From contig CAXNJO010000003.1 of the NCBI GenBank assembly GCA_964202905.1, forward strand, positions 320,001 to 384,000: a DNA stretch of 64,000 nucleotides. The letters are read 5' to 3'. The position numbers and the translations under genes are program-made. Origin of the DNA: Polyangiales bacterium (GTDB taxonomy: Bacteria; Myxococcota_A; Polyangia; Polyangiales; JADJQN01). Of this stretch, positions 42,599 through 52,628 are shown piece after piece (position 1 is the first letter of the stretch; each line of letters opens with the position of its first letter). Below the pieces are notes generated by a model. That model was not told the origin of the DNA, did not search any database, and saw only the letters and a list, made by a program, of their open reading frames with translations.

Positions 42599-44787
42599 GA
42601 CGCCGCCCCCAACGCGATCGCCTCGCCCACGAGCACCTCCTCGATGAGCCGCCCGACGTCGAGCACGAGCGCGATCCGCTGATCGCCGAGATCCGTCGCC
42701 CCCGCGAAGCCCGGCACCGCGCGCAGGCTGGGCCCGAGCGGCTTGATGACGATGTCCTGCTGCCCGAGCAGTTGATCGACGACGAACCCGACGCGCCGCT
42801 GCCCGACCTGCGCGACGACGACGTAACCCCGCGCGCCCTCGTCGTCCGCGGGGTGCTCGAAGTGCCGCGCGAGGCGGCAGAGCGTGAGCGACGCGCCGCG
42901 CAGCGTGAACACCTCGCGCCCCTCGACGAGGTGCACCGCGCGCGGGTCGAGGCGCAGCGCCTCCTGCACCGCCGAGAGCGGGATCGCGTACACGCGGCCC
43001 GCGACGCGCACGACCAGCGCGCCGACGATCGCGAGGGTGATCGGCAGCGTGATGGTGAACTTCGTCCCGATGCCGTGCGCGCTCACGACGTCGACCGCGC
43101 CACCGAGCCGCGAGATGTTGGTCTTCACGACGTCCATGCCGACGCCGCGCCCCGAGAGATCGGTGACCGCGTCGCGCGTGCTGAAGCCGGGCAGGAAGAT
43201 CAGCCCGAGCGCCTCACCCCGCGAGAGCTCCGCGGCCTGCTCGGCGCCGATGACCCCACGCCGCACCGCCGTCTCGCGCAGGCGATCCGGGTCCATCCCC
43301 GCCCCGTCGTCCTCGACCTCGATGATGACGTGGCTGCCCTTCGGGAAGGCGTTGAGCGCGAGCGTCCCCGCACGCGGCTTGCCCGCGCGACCGCGATCGG
43401 TGACGGACTCGATGCCGTGGTCGATCGCGTTGCGGATGATGTGCATGAGCGGGTCGCTCAGCTCCTCGACGATGAGCTTGTCGACCTCGGTCTCGGCCCC
43501 CGTGACGACGAGGCGGATCTCCTTGCCGTGATCGCGCGCGACCTGCCGGACCACGCGCGCGAGCTTCTCGAACACCTGCCCGAGCGGCACCATGCGGACG
43601 TCGAGGATCCCCTCCTGCAGGTGACCGAGATGGCGCTCGAAGCCGCGCTGCACGCGCTGCAACTCCGCCGCGAGCTGCCGCACCTCAGGGCGCCCGCGGA
43701 GCTTCTCGGAGACGCGCCCGACGGCCGAGCGCACGAGCGCGAGCTCGGCGACCACGTTCATCAGGTGGTCGAGCTTCCCGATGTCGACGCGCACCGTGTT
43801 CGAGACCGAGCGCAGCGTGAGCGCGTCGATCGCCGCGCCCCCGTCTCGCGGCGCAAAGAGGCTGTCGCCCGCGCGGGATCCCGCGGACGCCCTCACCGGC
43901 GGCTGGCTCGCGGCGTCGGCGAGCGCCGCGCCCCCCGCACGCAGCGCGTCCCCGGCGATGAGCCCCGTCGTCGGCTCCGCGCGCGCCTCCCCCATCGCCG
44001 CGCCCGACGGCTCGAGCCCCCCCTCGGCGGCGCGCGGGCGGCCGAGGGTGGTGAGCGTCGCGCCGCCCGTCGCGAGCACCGCCGCGAGCTCCGCGTACGG
44101 ACGGCGGCTCGCGAGCAGCACGTCGAGCGCGATCGCGTCGCCGTCGTCCGGCCCCACCGTCGGCAGGTACGTGAGCAGCTCGGCGATGGGCTTCGCGCGC
44201 GCCTTGAGCTCCTCGAGCGCGGTGTCGATCGTCGAGAGCGGGAAGGACACCGCGAGGCGATGGAGCGCGCAGCCCTGCGCGACGCTCGTGCGGAGGCGAT
44301 GCTCCTCGTACTCCGTGAGCACCGAGAGCAGCCCGGGGTCGAGGTCGAAGTCATCGAGGCTCGGCGGTGCGGGCGCGCTCGAGGCGCTGAGCCGCCGCAG
44401 GCTCTCGCTGAAGCGCGGCAGGTCCACGTCCGCCGGCGTGCCCGGATTCTTCGCCTCCGCGAGCAGGCGCTGGAAGCTCTCGACGCCCTCGAAGAGCACG
44501 TCGAGCACTTCCTGCGAGAGCGCGACGCGTCCGACGCGCAGGTCGTCGAGCAGGTTCTCGAGCGCGTGCGCGAGCCCGGCCAGCTGCGCGTAGCCGAACA
44601 TCCCTGCGAGGCCCTTGAGCGTGTGGACGCCGCGGAAGACCTCGTTCACGAGGTCCGGATCGGCCGCGCCCTGCTTCTGCCCGTGGTCGAGCAGCAACAG
44701 ATCGCGCGAGAGCGACTCGATCAGCTCCTGCGTCTCGGAGAGGAACTCGGCGCGGACGCTGTCGCCGCTGTCCCCGGCCCCTCCCAC
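42595..44787 (-). CDS. cheA: Chemosensory histidine kinase CheA
   Basis: Hpt FRGVHTLKG, TVRVDIGKLD, HIIRNAIDHGIE, DDGAG, FLPGFST, SGRGVGMDVV, C-terminal CheW domain. GTG at 44787. Confidence 0.95.
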   Translation of the reverse strand: MGGAGDSGDSVRAEFLSETQELIESLSRDLLLLDHGQKQGAADPDLVNEVFRGVHTLKGLAGMFGYAQLAGLAHALENLLDDLRVGRVALSQEVLDVLFEGVESFQRLLAEAKNPGTPADVDLPRFSESLRRLSASSAPAPPSLDDFDLDPGLLSVLTEYEEHRLRTSVAQGCALHRLAVSFPLSTIDTALEELKARAKPIAELLTYLPTVGPDDGDAIALDVLLASRRPYAELAAVLATGGATLTTLGRPRAAEGGLEPSGAAMGEARAEPTTGLIAGDALRAGGAALADAASQPPVRASAGSRAGDSLFAPRDGGAAIDALTLRSVSNTVRVDIGKLDHLMNVVAELALVRSAVGRVSEKLRGRPEVRQLAAELQRVQRGFERHLGHLQEGILDVRMVPLGQVFEKLARVVRQVARDHGKEIRLVVTGAETEVDKLIVEELSDPLMHIIRNAIDHGIESVTDRGRAGKPRAGTLALNAFPKGSHVIIEVEDDGAGMDPDRLRETAVRRGVIGAEQAAELSRGEALGLIFLPGFSTRDAVTDLSGRGVGMDVVKTNISRLGGAVDVVSAHGIGTKFTITLPITLAIVGALVVRVAGRVYAIPLSAVQEALRLDPRAVHLVEGREVFTLRGASLTLCRLARHFEHPADDEGARGYVVVAQVGQRRVGFVVDQLLGQQDIVIKPLGPSLRAVPGFAGATDLGDQRIALVLDVGRLIEEVLVGEAIALGAAS

Positions 44788-44791
44788 GCCC

Positions 44792-45169
44792 CTAGCCCTG
44801 CGACACGCGGGCGAGCGCGGCGCGGACGGCGGCGCGCAGCGACGGCGCGTCGAAGGGCTTCGAGAGGTAGGCGTCGGCGCCGAGGCTGAGCGCGCGCTCG
44901 CGATCACGGGGCGCCGCCTCGGTCGTGATGATGAGCAGGGGCGTGTCGCGGTGCGCCTCGCTGCGCCGCATGAACGCGACCACCTCGAGCCCGTTGATGT
45001 CGGGCATGTTGATGTCGGTGATCACGAGGTCGAACGCGTCGCGGGGCAAGATCCGCAGCGCCTCGAGGCCGTTCGCGGCCTCGATCACCGACAGCTCGCC
45101 CTCTACCTCCAGCGACGCGCGCACATACGCGCGCATCGCCCGGCTGTCGTCGATGATGAGGATCTTCAC
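44792..45169 (-). CDS. cheY: Single-domain response regulator (CheY-like)
   Basis: LIIDDS, ITDINMPDING, ITTE, YLSKPF. Confidence 0.9.
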   Translation of the reverse strand: MKILIIDDSRAMRAYVRASLEVEGELSVIEAANGLEALRILPRDAFDLVITDINMPDINGLEVVAFMRRSEAHRDTPLLIITTEAAPRDRERALSLGADAYLSKPFDAPSLRAAVRAALARVSQG

Positions 45170-45178
45170 GGCCCGCCG

Positions 45179-45208
45179 ACTATATCCGATGCGCCTGTGA
45201 TTCTGTAA
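45179..45208 (-). promoter_or_regulatory. Possible sigma70-type promoter of the che operon
   Basis: AT-rich patch; minus strand TTACAG-N18-TATAGT ending about 10 nt before the cheY GTG. Confidence 0.3.
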
Positions 45209-45247
45209 CGTGGAGTACGCACTCGGCTTGGAAACGCGCGGCCCGCG

Positions 45248-45598
45248 TCAGCGCCCGTACGAGCGCTCCTCGAGCGGACGCGCGTCACACGCAGCGCAGG
45301 CGCACAGCGCGCGCAGGTAGCGGAACGCATAGATCCCCGTGCCGTGTCCGTCCGCCCACTCGAGTCGGATCGCGTAGTTGCCGACCTCCTCGAGCTCGGC
45401 GAGCAGCCGGTCGCCGCCCGGTTGAAAGCGGATCGGGCCCTGGTGTCCCTGGCAGTGCGCGCAGGGGCAGAAGCCCCGCAGGACCTCGTGCGGCAGCACG
45501 CCGAGGTGACCGTCCGCCCAGTCGATGTGCATCACGAGCGCGCCGCGCGGCGCCCGGATCTCGCGTGCGGTGAACCGCGCCGCCGTGTCGTCGGTCAT
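45248..45598 (-). CDS. DUF971 / GBBH N-terminal-like metal-binding protein
   Basis: IDWADGH, LRGFCPCAHC, VGNYAIRLEWADGHGTGIY...YLR. Confidence 0.85.
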   Translation of the reverse strand: MTDDTAARFTAREIRAPRGALVMHIDWADGHLGVLPHEVLRGFCPCAHCQGHQGPIRFQPGGDRLLAELEEVGNYAIRLEWADGHGTGIYAFRYLRALCACAACDARPLEERSYGR

Positions 45599-45679
45599 CG
45601 CGGCGCACTGTGGCGCCGCGCGACGCCGCCGTAAAGCGCGGCGGCGCGTTCTCCATGGGCTCGGCGGGGACGCGCGCCC

Positions 45680-46405
45680 TCAGGTCCCCCGCGCGAGGTG
45701 CGCGGCCACGAGTCCGTTCGCGACGCGCCGCACCTCGTCGTGCTCGGCCTCGGGCCACGGCAGCGCCGCGAGCGCCGCCCAGCCCGGCGTCGCGAGGCCC
45801 TCGAGCAGCCGCCGCGTCGCGCCCCCGAGCCGGATCGGCGCACCGCCGCACGCACGACACACGACCACCGAGCGGCGCGGATCGAAGAGCACCGCCTTGC
45901 CGGGCGGCGCGTCGAGGCCGCAGCGCGCGCAGCGATCGAGACGCGGCGCGAAGCCGAGCAGCGCGGCGAGGCGCACGGTGAACGCGAGGAGCAGCGTCTC
46001 GTACGGCGCGGCGGCCGCCTCGAGCACCTCGAAGAGCTCGACGCAGACCTCGAAGACGCGCGGATCGACCGGCCCGCTCGGCAGCGCGTCCCGCACCCGC
46101 TCGAGCGCCCGCCCGCCCGCCCGCATGCGCTCGAGACTCGCGAGAATGCCCGGAAAAGGCCGCACGAGCGTCGCCGAGGCGAGCCGCGAGACCTCTCCGC
46201 GCCCGAGCGCGATCTCCGCGGCGAGCACCGCGAACGGCTCGAGCGCACCGGCGAAGCGACGCTGGCTCTTGCGCGCCCCCCGCGCGAGGACCGCGACGCG
46301 CCCCAGCTCGGGCGTCAGCAGCGTGAGGATGCGGTCGGCCTCACCGTAGTCGATGCCGCGCAGCACCAACGCGCGGGTCGGCGTGGTGCGCTGCGACCCG
46401 CCCAT
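45680..46405 (-). CDS. recO: DNA repair protein RecO
   Basis: DYGEADRILTLLT.ELG....ARGARKSQRRF.GALEPF; CARC...CRAC zinc finger. Confidence 0.93.
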   Translation of the reverse strand: MGGSQRTTPTRALVLRGIDYGEADRILTLLTPELGRVAVLARGARKSQRRFAGALEPFAVLAAEIALGRGEVSRLASATLVRPFPGILASLERMRAGGRALERVRDALPSGPVDPRVFEVCVELFEVLEAAAAPYETLLLAFTVRLAALLGFAPRLDRCARCGLDAPPGKAVLFDPRRSVVVCRACGGAPIRLGGATRRLLEGLATPGWAALAALPWPEAEHDEVRRVANGLVAAHLARGT

Positions 46406-46412
46406 CGGCGCC

Positions 46413-46853
46413 TCAGCCCGCGCGCGCGGAGACCTCGAGCGCCGGGACGTCACGCCCCGAGAGCTCGATCTGCGTGTCGCGCTGCCGCGGCTTGAGCACG
46501 ATGGACAGCGCCAGCGTGAAGAGGATGAGCAGGATCACCAGCGCGATCGCGATGCCGAAGCGCCGACCGCGCTCCGGCGGCTGGATCGCGAGGATCGGCG
46601 CCGGCGCGACGACCGCGGCGCGGCGGTTCTGCTGGCCATACACCGCGAGGACCTCGTCCGGCTCGACGCCGAGGGCGCGCGCGTAGCACTTGAGAAAACC
46701 GCGCGCGAAGATCTCCCCCGGCAGCTTCTCGAAGTCGTCGGCCTCGATGTGCTGGAGCATCTTGAGCGGGATGCGCGTCGTCTGCGCGAGCTCCTCCAGG
46801 GAGACCTGGCGCAGCTCCCGCTCTCTCCGCAGATAGCGTCCGATCGACTCCAT
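46413..46853 (-). CDS. RodZ-like HTH membrane protein
   Basis: MESIGRYLRRERELRQVSLEE, IEADDFEKLPGEIFARGFLKCYA, single TM helix. Confidence 0.85.
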   Translation of the reverse strand: MESIGRYLRRERELRQVSLEELAQTTRIPLKMLQHIEADDFEKLPGEIFARGFLKCYARALGVEPDEVLAVYGQQNRRAAVVAPAPILAIQPPERGRRFGIAIALVILLILFTLALSIVLKPRQRDTQIELSGRDVPALEVSARAG

Positions 46854-46900
46854 CGAGCTCCTCCGGGCGGGCGCCGCCGAGCCGGCGACGCCACGCACAC

Positions 46901-47758
46901 TCAGTGGTGGATGGTCTCCAGGTGCTGGCGGCAGGCGCGCCCCGAACCGGTCTCCGGACCGAGTTCGACGCAGCGCTCGAAGTCGGACGCGGCGTCGTCG
47001 GGGTGGCCGAGGCCCGCGCGGGACTCGCCGCGCAGCTGCCAGGCTTCCTGGGTGGTGTTGCAGGTGCGGTTGTCGACCTCGACGACGCGCGTGAGCGCCG
47101 CCTCGGCCCGGGTGAAGTCGTCCGACGCGAGGTACGCCTTGCCGAGGCGCAGGTACCCGAGACAGAAATCGCGCTGGAGGCGCACCGACTCCTCGAGCGC
47201 GGCGATCGCCTGGCGGAAGTCGTCCTTCTCGAAGTGGGCGAGCCCGAGGTTCGCCCACGCGAGATAGGGAGTGGTGTAGAGCAGGTCCGCCGCGGCCGTC
47301 CGGAGCTCGGCGACCGCCGCGTCGTACCGCCCCTGGTGGATGAGCATCACGCCGTGGCTGTTGCGGATCTCCGAGCGCAGGCTCGGCCGGACGTCGATCT
47401 CCGGATCGTCGGCCAACCGCGCCGCCTCGGCGAGGTGGCGCTCGGCCGCCGGGAAGTCGGCCCGTGCCGTGAACAGCACGCCGAGCACGTGGTGCGCCTC
47501 GGCGTTCTCCGGGTCGAGCTGGACGGCGCGCAGCAGATGCTCGAAGGCCTGCGGCAGGCTGGCCTCCCGCATCAGCGACACCCCGAGCTCGAACTCTCGC
47601 TGCGACCGCATCGTCTCCTCCGGCGAGCTGCCCCCGCCGCCGCAGCCGACCGCCGACCCGATGGCCAGCGCGACGAGCACGGTCGCGAGCGTGATCCCAT
47701 GTGTTCTTGCGCGCAGGAGGTCTGATCTACCGATCATGGTCTGGAGCGTCAACCGCAA
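46901..47758 (-). CDS. tgl: TPR lipoprotein, Tgl/PilF-like type IV pilus secretin pilotin
   Basis: Lipobox AVGC, tandem TPRs, LLYTTPYLAWANLG, paired Cys; upstream of a rodZ-like gene as in pilF-rodZ synteny. Start uncertain. Confidence 0.7.
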   Translation of the reverse strand: MRLTLQTMIGRSDLLRARTHGITLATVLVALAIGSAVGCGGGGSSPEETMRSQREFELGVSLMREASLPQAFEHLLRAVQLDPENAEAHHVLGVLFTARADFPAAERHLAEAARLADDPEIDVRPSLRSEIRNSHGVMLIHQGRYDAAVAELRTAAADLLYTTPYLAWANLGLAHFEKDDFRQAIAALEESVRLQRDFCLGYLRLGKAYLASDDFTRAEAALTRVVEVDNRTCNTTQEAWQLRGESRAGLGHPDDAASDFERCVELGPETGSGRACRQHLETIHH

Positions 47759-47869
47759 ACTCCCCGGGGTCCGCAGCCCCCGTGCGCGCCGGCGACCCTG
47801 GGTCGCGAACGAGGCTTCGGGTGGGGTGTCGGCCGGCCGACAGGGGGCTGGGCCCCGCAGGCGCCGGGA

Positions 47870-48532
47870 TCAGTCACCGCGGACCTCCTCTTTCAGGCCG
47901 AGGAGCTGGTAGAGGCGACGCAGGGCGGCGACCTCGGGGACGACGATCCGCTCGTCGACGATCGCGAGGTGCCCGCCGTCGCGGAGCTGCTGGACGACCC
48001 GCTTCACGGTGTCGACGTCGAGGCCGACGCGGCTCGAGAGTTCGAGCGGCGAGATGCGGAGCGCGATCCCGGCCGGGCTCGCCTCCCCGGTCGCCGCGAG
48101 GCGCAGGAGCGTGTTCACGACGCGCGAGGGGTGGTCCCGGAGCATCGCGTTCTCGAGCTGCTCCTCCGCGTCGCGCAGCCGGCCGACGAGCTGCTCGACG
48201 AGCCGCGTCGCGACGGCCGGGTTGCCGGAGAGCAGCAGCCCGAAGGTGCGGCGGTCGAGCGCGAGCGCGGTCACCTCCGTCACCGCCTCGGCCGACGCGC
48301 TCCGGACGGCGCCTGCGAGCAGCGCGTCCTCGCCGAAGAGGCCGCCCGCACGGAGCACCGTGAGGCTCCGCTCGGCCGAGCGGATGCGCTTGACGAGCCG
48401 CACGCGCCCCTCCTGCACGAGGAAACACAGGTCGGCCGCGTCGCCCTCCGCGTAGATCGCGGCGCCCGCCGCGTACGTGCGCCCAAAGCGCTCGTAGAGG
48501 CGCGCCCGCTCGTCGGCCCCAAGCTCGTCCAT
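47870..48532 (-). CDS. Crp/Fnr family transcriptional regulator
   Basis: EGD.AD..FLVQEGRV, GLFGE.ALL, RSASAEA, C-terminal HTH. Confidence 0.9.
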   Translation of the reverse strand: MDELGADERARLYERFGRTYAAGAAIYAEGDAADLCFLVQEGRVRLVKRIRSAERSLTVLRAGGLFGEDALLAGAVRSASAEAVTEVTALALDRRTFGLLLSGNPAVATRLVEQLVGRLRDAEEQLENAMLRDHPSRVVNTLLRLAATGEASPAGIALRISPLELSSRVGLDVDTVKRVVQQLRDGGHLAIVDERIVVPEVAALRRLYQLLGLKEEVRGD

Positions 48533-48624
48533 GCGGGGCGCTACCTACGACGCTTCCCCCCGCGCCGCAACGGCGCGCATCCCCGGACCCCAGCGGCGTG
48601 TCGGGACGTCCGCGCAGCACGCGC

Positions 48625-50730
48625 TCAGCGAATCGCGCGCAGATCCGCGCGGTCCGCGTCTCGCGAAAACACGGGCGGACTGCCGATCGGCGCCTCTGCG
48701 GTGACGGTCCGCCCACCGTCGTAGACGGCGCCGGTCCACACGTGGAACCACCTCCCCGGCGGGAGATACACGGACTTGGTGACGGCGCCCTCCTCGACGA
48801 CCGGTGCGATCAAGAGATCACGGCCGAGCATGAATTGGTCGTGGATCGCTCGGCTCGCGAGGTCGTCGGGGAACTCGTACGCGAGGTGACGGATCATCGG
48901 GGCGGAGGTCGTCGCGGCGTCGTCGGCGAGCGCGCGGAACTCCGGGCCGAGCGCCTCGTGGATCCGCGCGAACCGCGCGAAGTGCGCGATCGTCTCCGCG
49001 TCGCGGTTCCAATTCCAGTTCGCGGCCGGCATCAAGCCCTCATGCGTCCGCATGATGGGCGAGAACGCGCCGAGCTCCGTCCAGCGCAGATAAAGCTCTT
49101 TGCTGCTCGGACCGCCGCTGTATCCAGCGATGTCGTGCGTGACGTACGGGACGCCGGAGACACCGAGGTTGAGCAGCGCGGGGACCACCGTGGGCAGTCC
49201 GTCGGTTTCCAGGAAGTCAGCCTCCTGATCACCAATCCACACGATCTGCTGCACCGCGTGGTCGCGCGTCCAACCGCTCCGCGAGAAGACCGCGTAATCG
49301 CCGTCGGGGCGCAGCGCGTCCATCACGTCACGCGAGGCTTTGTGCCACGCGGCCGGATACAGGTTGTGCAGGAGCCGCGCGTCGCCCGCGAAGAGCTGCG
49401 CGTCGGTCGGGAGCCACTCGCCGAAGTCGGCCATCCAGCCGTCGAAGCCGAGGTCGGTGACCATCGCGCTCAAGAAGCCCTCGACGTAGTCGTACGTCGC
49501 GGGGTTCGTGAAGTCTGCGAGAGAGCCCGGCGTGAACGTCGCGGGGAAGACGTACGTCGCGCCGGTGGGGTCACGAATGAGCAGCCCTCGCGCCTCCATC
49601 GGCGCGAAATGCTCGAGGTCTTCGATGACGAAGGGGTTGGCGTACGCGAGAAAGCGGACGTCGTGGTCGGTGCGGAGTGTGCGCACGAGCTCGGCGAGAT
49701 TGGGATAACGCGCTTCGTCCGCGGTCCAGCGATAGTAGATGTCGAACACCGTCGGCGTGATGTTTCGTCCGCCGACCCAGTCCTGGACCCACACCGCCGA
49801 GAACGGAACGGCGGCGGCCTCGAGCTGCGCCACCTGCGCGAGCACGACGTCGCGCCCGCCTTGCATGCCAATCCACGGCGAAAAGGCCCAGTCGGGTGGC
49901 CGCTGCGCACGGCCGATCTCGTCGCCGAGGGCACGCACGACGTCGCTCGGCCGGGGTCCGTGGAAGACCAGCACATCGAACGGCGCCGCGTCCTCGACCT
50001 CGACCCAGGCGACCTGCGGGTTCGATCGGCAGAGATCGACGAGGGTGCGGACGGGTGTGTCGATGAGCACGCCGAATCCGCGCCAATCGAGCCACCATGG
50101 CATCGGGAAATAGGTGGTGTGCGCATTGCCACTCAGCAAACTGCGGCCCGAGCGCCCAATCCCCTGCTCCTGCACCCAGAGCGGGAATGCGTCACCACGC
50201 TGGTCGGTGTCGTCGTACTGCGCGCCGAAGCCCGCGAAGCTCGCCGCGGCGTCGCAGGCGAATGGCACCGCGATGGAGGAAATCGTGGGCCCCGCGGCGG
50301 TGTAGCGGATACGCGTCGACTCGGCGGGCCGGGCGACGCTGACCCGCGCTTCGATGGTGAGTCCGTCGTCGCCGGCGTAGCGCAGCGTCACGCCGTCCGG
50401 GCCCTGCTCGCTGCCGAGGAAGCGAGAGGCCGGACGCACGACCTCCTCGCTGCGTGTGAAGCGGAAGAAGCCCGAGGCTCGCGACACCCCCTGCGCGAAG
50501 CTGCGCGCCGTCGGCGCGTCCGCGGAGGTGGTCGACGCGAGCGCGCGGCCGTCCGCGGTCTGCACGGCGATCGCCCCGCGGCCATCGATCTCGATGCGCG
50601 TTCCGTCCTCGAGGGTGTAGCTCGCCGGCGGGAGAGCCGGCGGGGCGGCAGGTGTGTCGTCCGCGGAGCAGGCCGACGCGCAGAGGAGCAGGGCGAGGGC
50701 CAGCGGGCGGGAGAGCGCGGGGCGGGGCAT
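48625..50730 (-). CDS. Glycoside hydrolase family 31 lipoprotein (YihQ/sulfoquinovosidase-like clade)
   Basis: Lipobox ASAC; WVQDW, YANPF, GWMADFGEWLP (nucleophile), WIGDQ, HDIAGY, MRTHEG, QFMLGRDLLIAPV. Confidence 0.9.
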   Translation of the reverse strand: MPRPALSRPLALALLLCASACSADDTPAAPPALPPASYTLEDGTRIEIDGRGAIAVQTADGRALASTTSADAPTARSFAQGVSRASGFFRFTRSEEVVRPASRFLGSEQGPDGVTLRYAGDDGLTIEARVSVARPAESTRIRYTAAGPTISSIAVPFACDAAASFAGFGAQYDDTDQRGDAFPLWVQEQGIGRSGRSLLSGNAHTTYFPMPWWLDWRGFGVLIDTPVRTLVDLCRSNPQVAWVEVEDAAPFDVLVFHGPRPSDVVRALGDEIGRAQRPPDWAFSPWIGMQGGRDVVLAQVAQLEAAAVPFSAVWVQDWVGGRNITPTVFDIYYRWTADEARYPNLAELVRTLRTDHDVRFLAYANPFVIEDLEHFAPMEARGLLIRDPTGATYVFPATFTPGSLADFTNPATYDYVEGFLSAMVTDLGFDGWMADFGEWLPTDAQLFAGDARLLHNLYPAAWHKASRDVMDALRPDGDYAVFSRSGWTRDHAVQQIVWIGDQEADFLETDGLPTVVPALLNLGVSGVPYVTHDIAGYSGGPSSKELYLRWTELGAFSPIMRTHEGLMPAANWNWNRDAETIAHFARFARIHEALGPEFRALADDAATTSAPMIRHLAYEFPDDLASRAIHDQFMLGRDLLIAPVVEEGAVTKSVYLPPGRWFHVWTGAVYDGGRTVTAEAPIGSPPVFSRDADRADLRAIR

Positions 50731-50870
50731 CGGGCGAACCTACAACGCTTTCACGGTCGCGCTGCGGATCGAGGAACGATGGCTCGCCCGCGAGGAGCGA
50801 GTGGTTGGTGGGCCCGCTACGGCCAGCGCGGCGGGTGAGCACACCACGCCGCGCCGGTGTCCGCGGGAGC

Positions 50871-52628
50871 TCAGCGGTTCGCGCGTCGGGTGACCGAGAA
50901 GGTCACGCGACGGTTGGCCGCGTGGTCTTCCTCGGCATCGCCCTGCCGCTCGAGCCGGGTGCGTCCATGCGCCGTGGTCTCGAGCCTCGACGCAGCGACG
51001 CCGAGCTCGATGACCATCTGCCGTACCCGCGTCGCGCGACGGCGGCTGAGGTCCAGGTTGTACTCGGGATCGCCCATGTCCGAGGCGTGCCCCTCGAGCG
51101 TCACGACGAGCCACTCGGGGTGCGCCGTCATGAGGCGCACGATCTCCGCGAGCCCTTCGCGCGACGCGCTGGTCGGCTGCGCGCTGTCGTGCGGGAAGTA
51201 GATGCGCGCGGTGAGACCGCGGAGCGCGGCTTCCTCGGCGGACTCGTCGGGACAGCCGTCCTCCTCCTGCCAGCCGTTGACCGTCTCCGGCTCACGCGGG
51301 CAGCGGTCCTGCGGGTCGAGGATCCCGTCCGCGTCGTCGTCGGGGTCGGGGCAGCCGTCTTCGTCTTGCCAGCCGTCCGCGTCTTCGGGTTCGTTGACGC
51401 ACGCGTCGGTCGCATCGAGGATGCGGTCCCGATCGGTGTCGGCGCCATCGGGGTCCGGGCAGCCATCTTCGTCGGCGACGCCGTCCCGATCCTCGGGCTG
51501 CCGCGGGCAGGTGTCGGCCGCGTCGAGAACGCCGTCGCCGTCGTCGTCCGGGTCAGGGCAGCCGTCGTCGTCCTGCCAGCCGTCCGCGTCCTCGGGCGCT
51601 TCCGGACAGCCGTCCACGGGGTCTCGCAGACCGTCTCCGTCGCGGTCGGCGTCGCGGATCGGCCGCTCCGCGTAGCCCACGGTGAGCACCGCGCGGACAT
51701 CCGGCGCGCCGACGCCGCGCGTCAAGCCCGTGCCCAGCGCAGCGCCGATCTCGAGGCCGGGAATCGCCTGCACGCGCGCCCCCGCGAGCGCCTCGATGGG
51801 CGCACCGACGCGGGCCGCGGGGGTCCCGAGGGCGTCGAACGCCACGCCGCCAAACCCCTCCACGTAGACCGCCAGCAGGTCTGGCACCGCGTCGAAGGTC
51901 GTCCCCAGCGCCCAGGTCAACTCCGGGCCAATCGTGAGGTTCGCGACCTCGGCCGCGCCGCTCGTGCGGAAGCGCCCGCCGATGTTGCCCGTCACGCGCA
52001 GGCGCGTCATCGGGCGGAGCTCGAGCAACACCGTCGGGGCGACGGTCGCGCCGACCTCTCCCGAGTAACGCTGCGCAGCGTTCGCCGCGCCCGCCGTGGG
52101 CAACGTGAGCGTCAGCTGCACGCCGACCGCGAACACCTCGCCGGGCTCACCCCAGAGGCGGCCGCGCGCGCCGAGCCAGACGTCGCCGAGCCCCGCGCCG
52201 GCTCCCGCCGGAAGGCCCTCGATCGCCGTGCCCGATTGCACGAGATCCACGGGCAGGTTGGCGAACACGACCAGCCGATCGAAGAGGCCGAGCGAGAGCC
52301 CGAGGTGCGCCCGCAGGGCGTGTTCGACCAGCGCGCCGGACTCGCTCGACGCGGTGCCCGCGACGGACTCGACGACCAGCGGCGCGAGGGCGTAGTCGAG
52401 GTCGAGCCGGGCGCCCATCTGCAGATGACCGCGGTCGTCGGGGCGCGACACGACGAATCCGTCGTCCACGCTGACCGCCGGCCGGTACTGGTCGAGTTGA
52501 AAGGCGTTGGTGATCGTCCTGGGCGGAGGCTGCGCCTGGGCAACGCCAGCGCCCCCTCCCACGAAGACGAGCCCGAGCGCGAGTACGAGCCGCCCCGCCA
52601 CGCGGAGCACCGCATGCCGGAGCCGCAT
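50871..52628 (-). CDS. Outer-membrane protein: N-terminal beta-barrel + TSP3 Ca-binding repeats + OmpA-C (TraB-like)
   Basis: Signal peptide, barrel strands (GLGDVWLGARGRL, APDVRAVLTVGY), DRDGDG..D..DGCP..PED.DGWQD.DGCPDPD repeats, IYF..DSA, LEGHA, NLDLSRRRA, NRRVTF. Confidence 0.9.
   Translation of the reverse strand: MRLRHAVLRVAGRLVLALGLVFVGGGAGVAQAQPPPRTITNAFQLDQYRPAVSVDDGFVVSRPDDRGHLQMGARLDLDYALAPLVVESVAGTASSESGALVEHALRAHLGLSLGLFDRLVVFANLPVDLVQSGTAIEGLPAGAGAGLGDVWLGARGRLWGEPGEVFAVGVQLTLTLPTAGAANAAQRYSGEVGATVAPTVLLELRPMTRLRVTGNIGGRFRTSGAAEVANLTIGPELTWALGTTFDAVPDLLAVYVEGFGGVAFDALGTPAARVGAPIEALAGARVQAIPGLEIGAALGTGLTRGVGAPDVRAVLTVGYAERPIRDADRDGDGLRDPVDGCPEAPEDADGWQDDDGCPDPDDDGDGVLDAADTCPRQPEDRDGVADEDGCPDPDGADTDRDRILDATDACVNEPEDADGWQDEDGCPDPDDDADGILDPQDRCPREPETVNGWQEEDGCPDESAEEAALRGLTARIYFPHDSAQPTSASREGLAEIVRLMTAHPEWLVVTLEGHASDMGDPEYNLDLSRRRATRVRQMVIELGVAASRLETTAHGRTRLERQGDAEEDHAANRRVTFSVTRRANR

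Noticed and set aside
45196..45211. Crp box upstream of the che operon
   Set aside because: Only the TGTGA half-site is present; the second half does not match TCACA.
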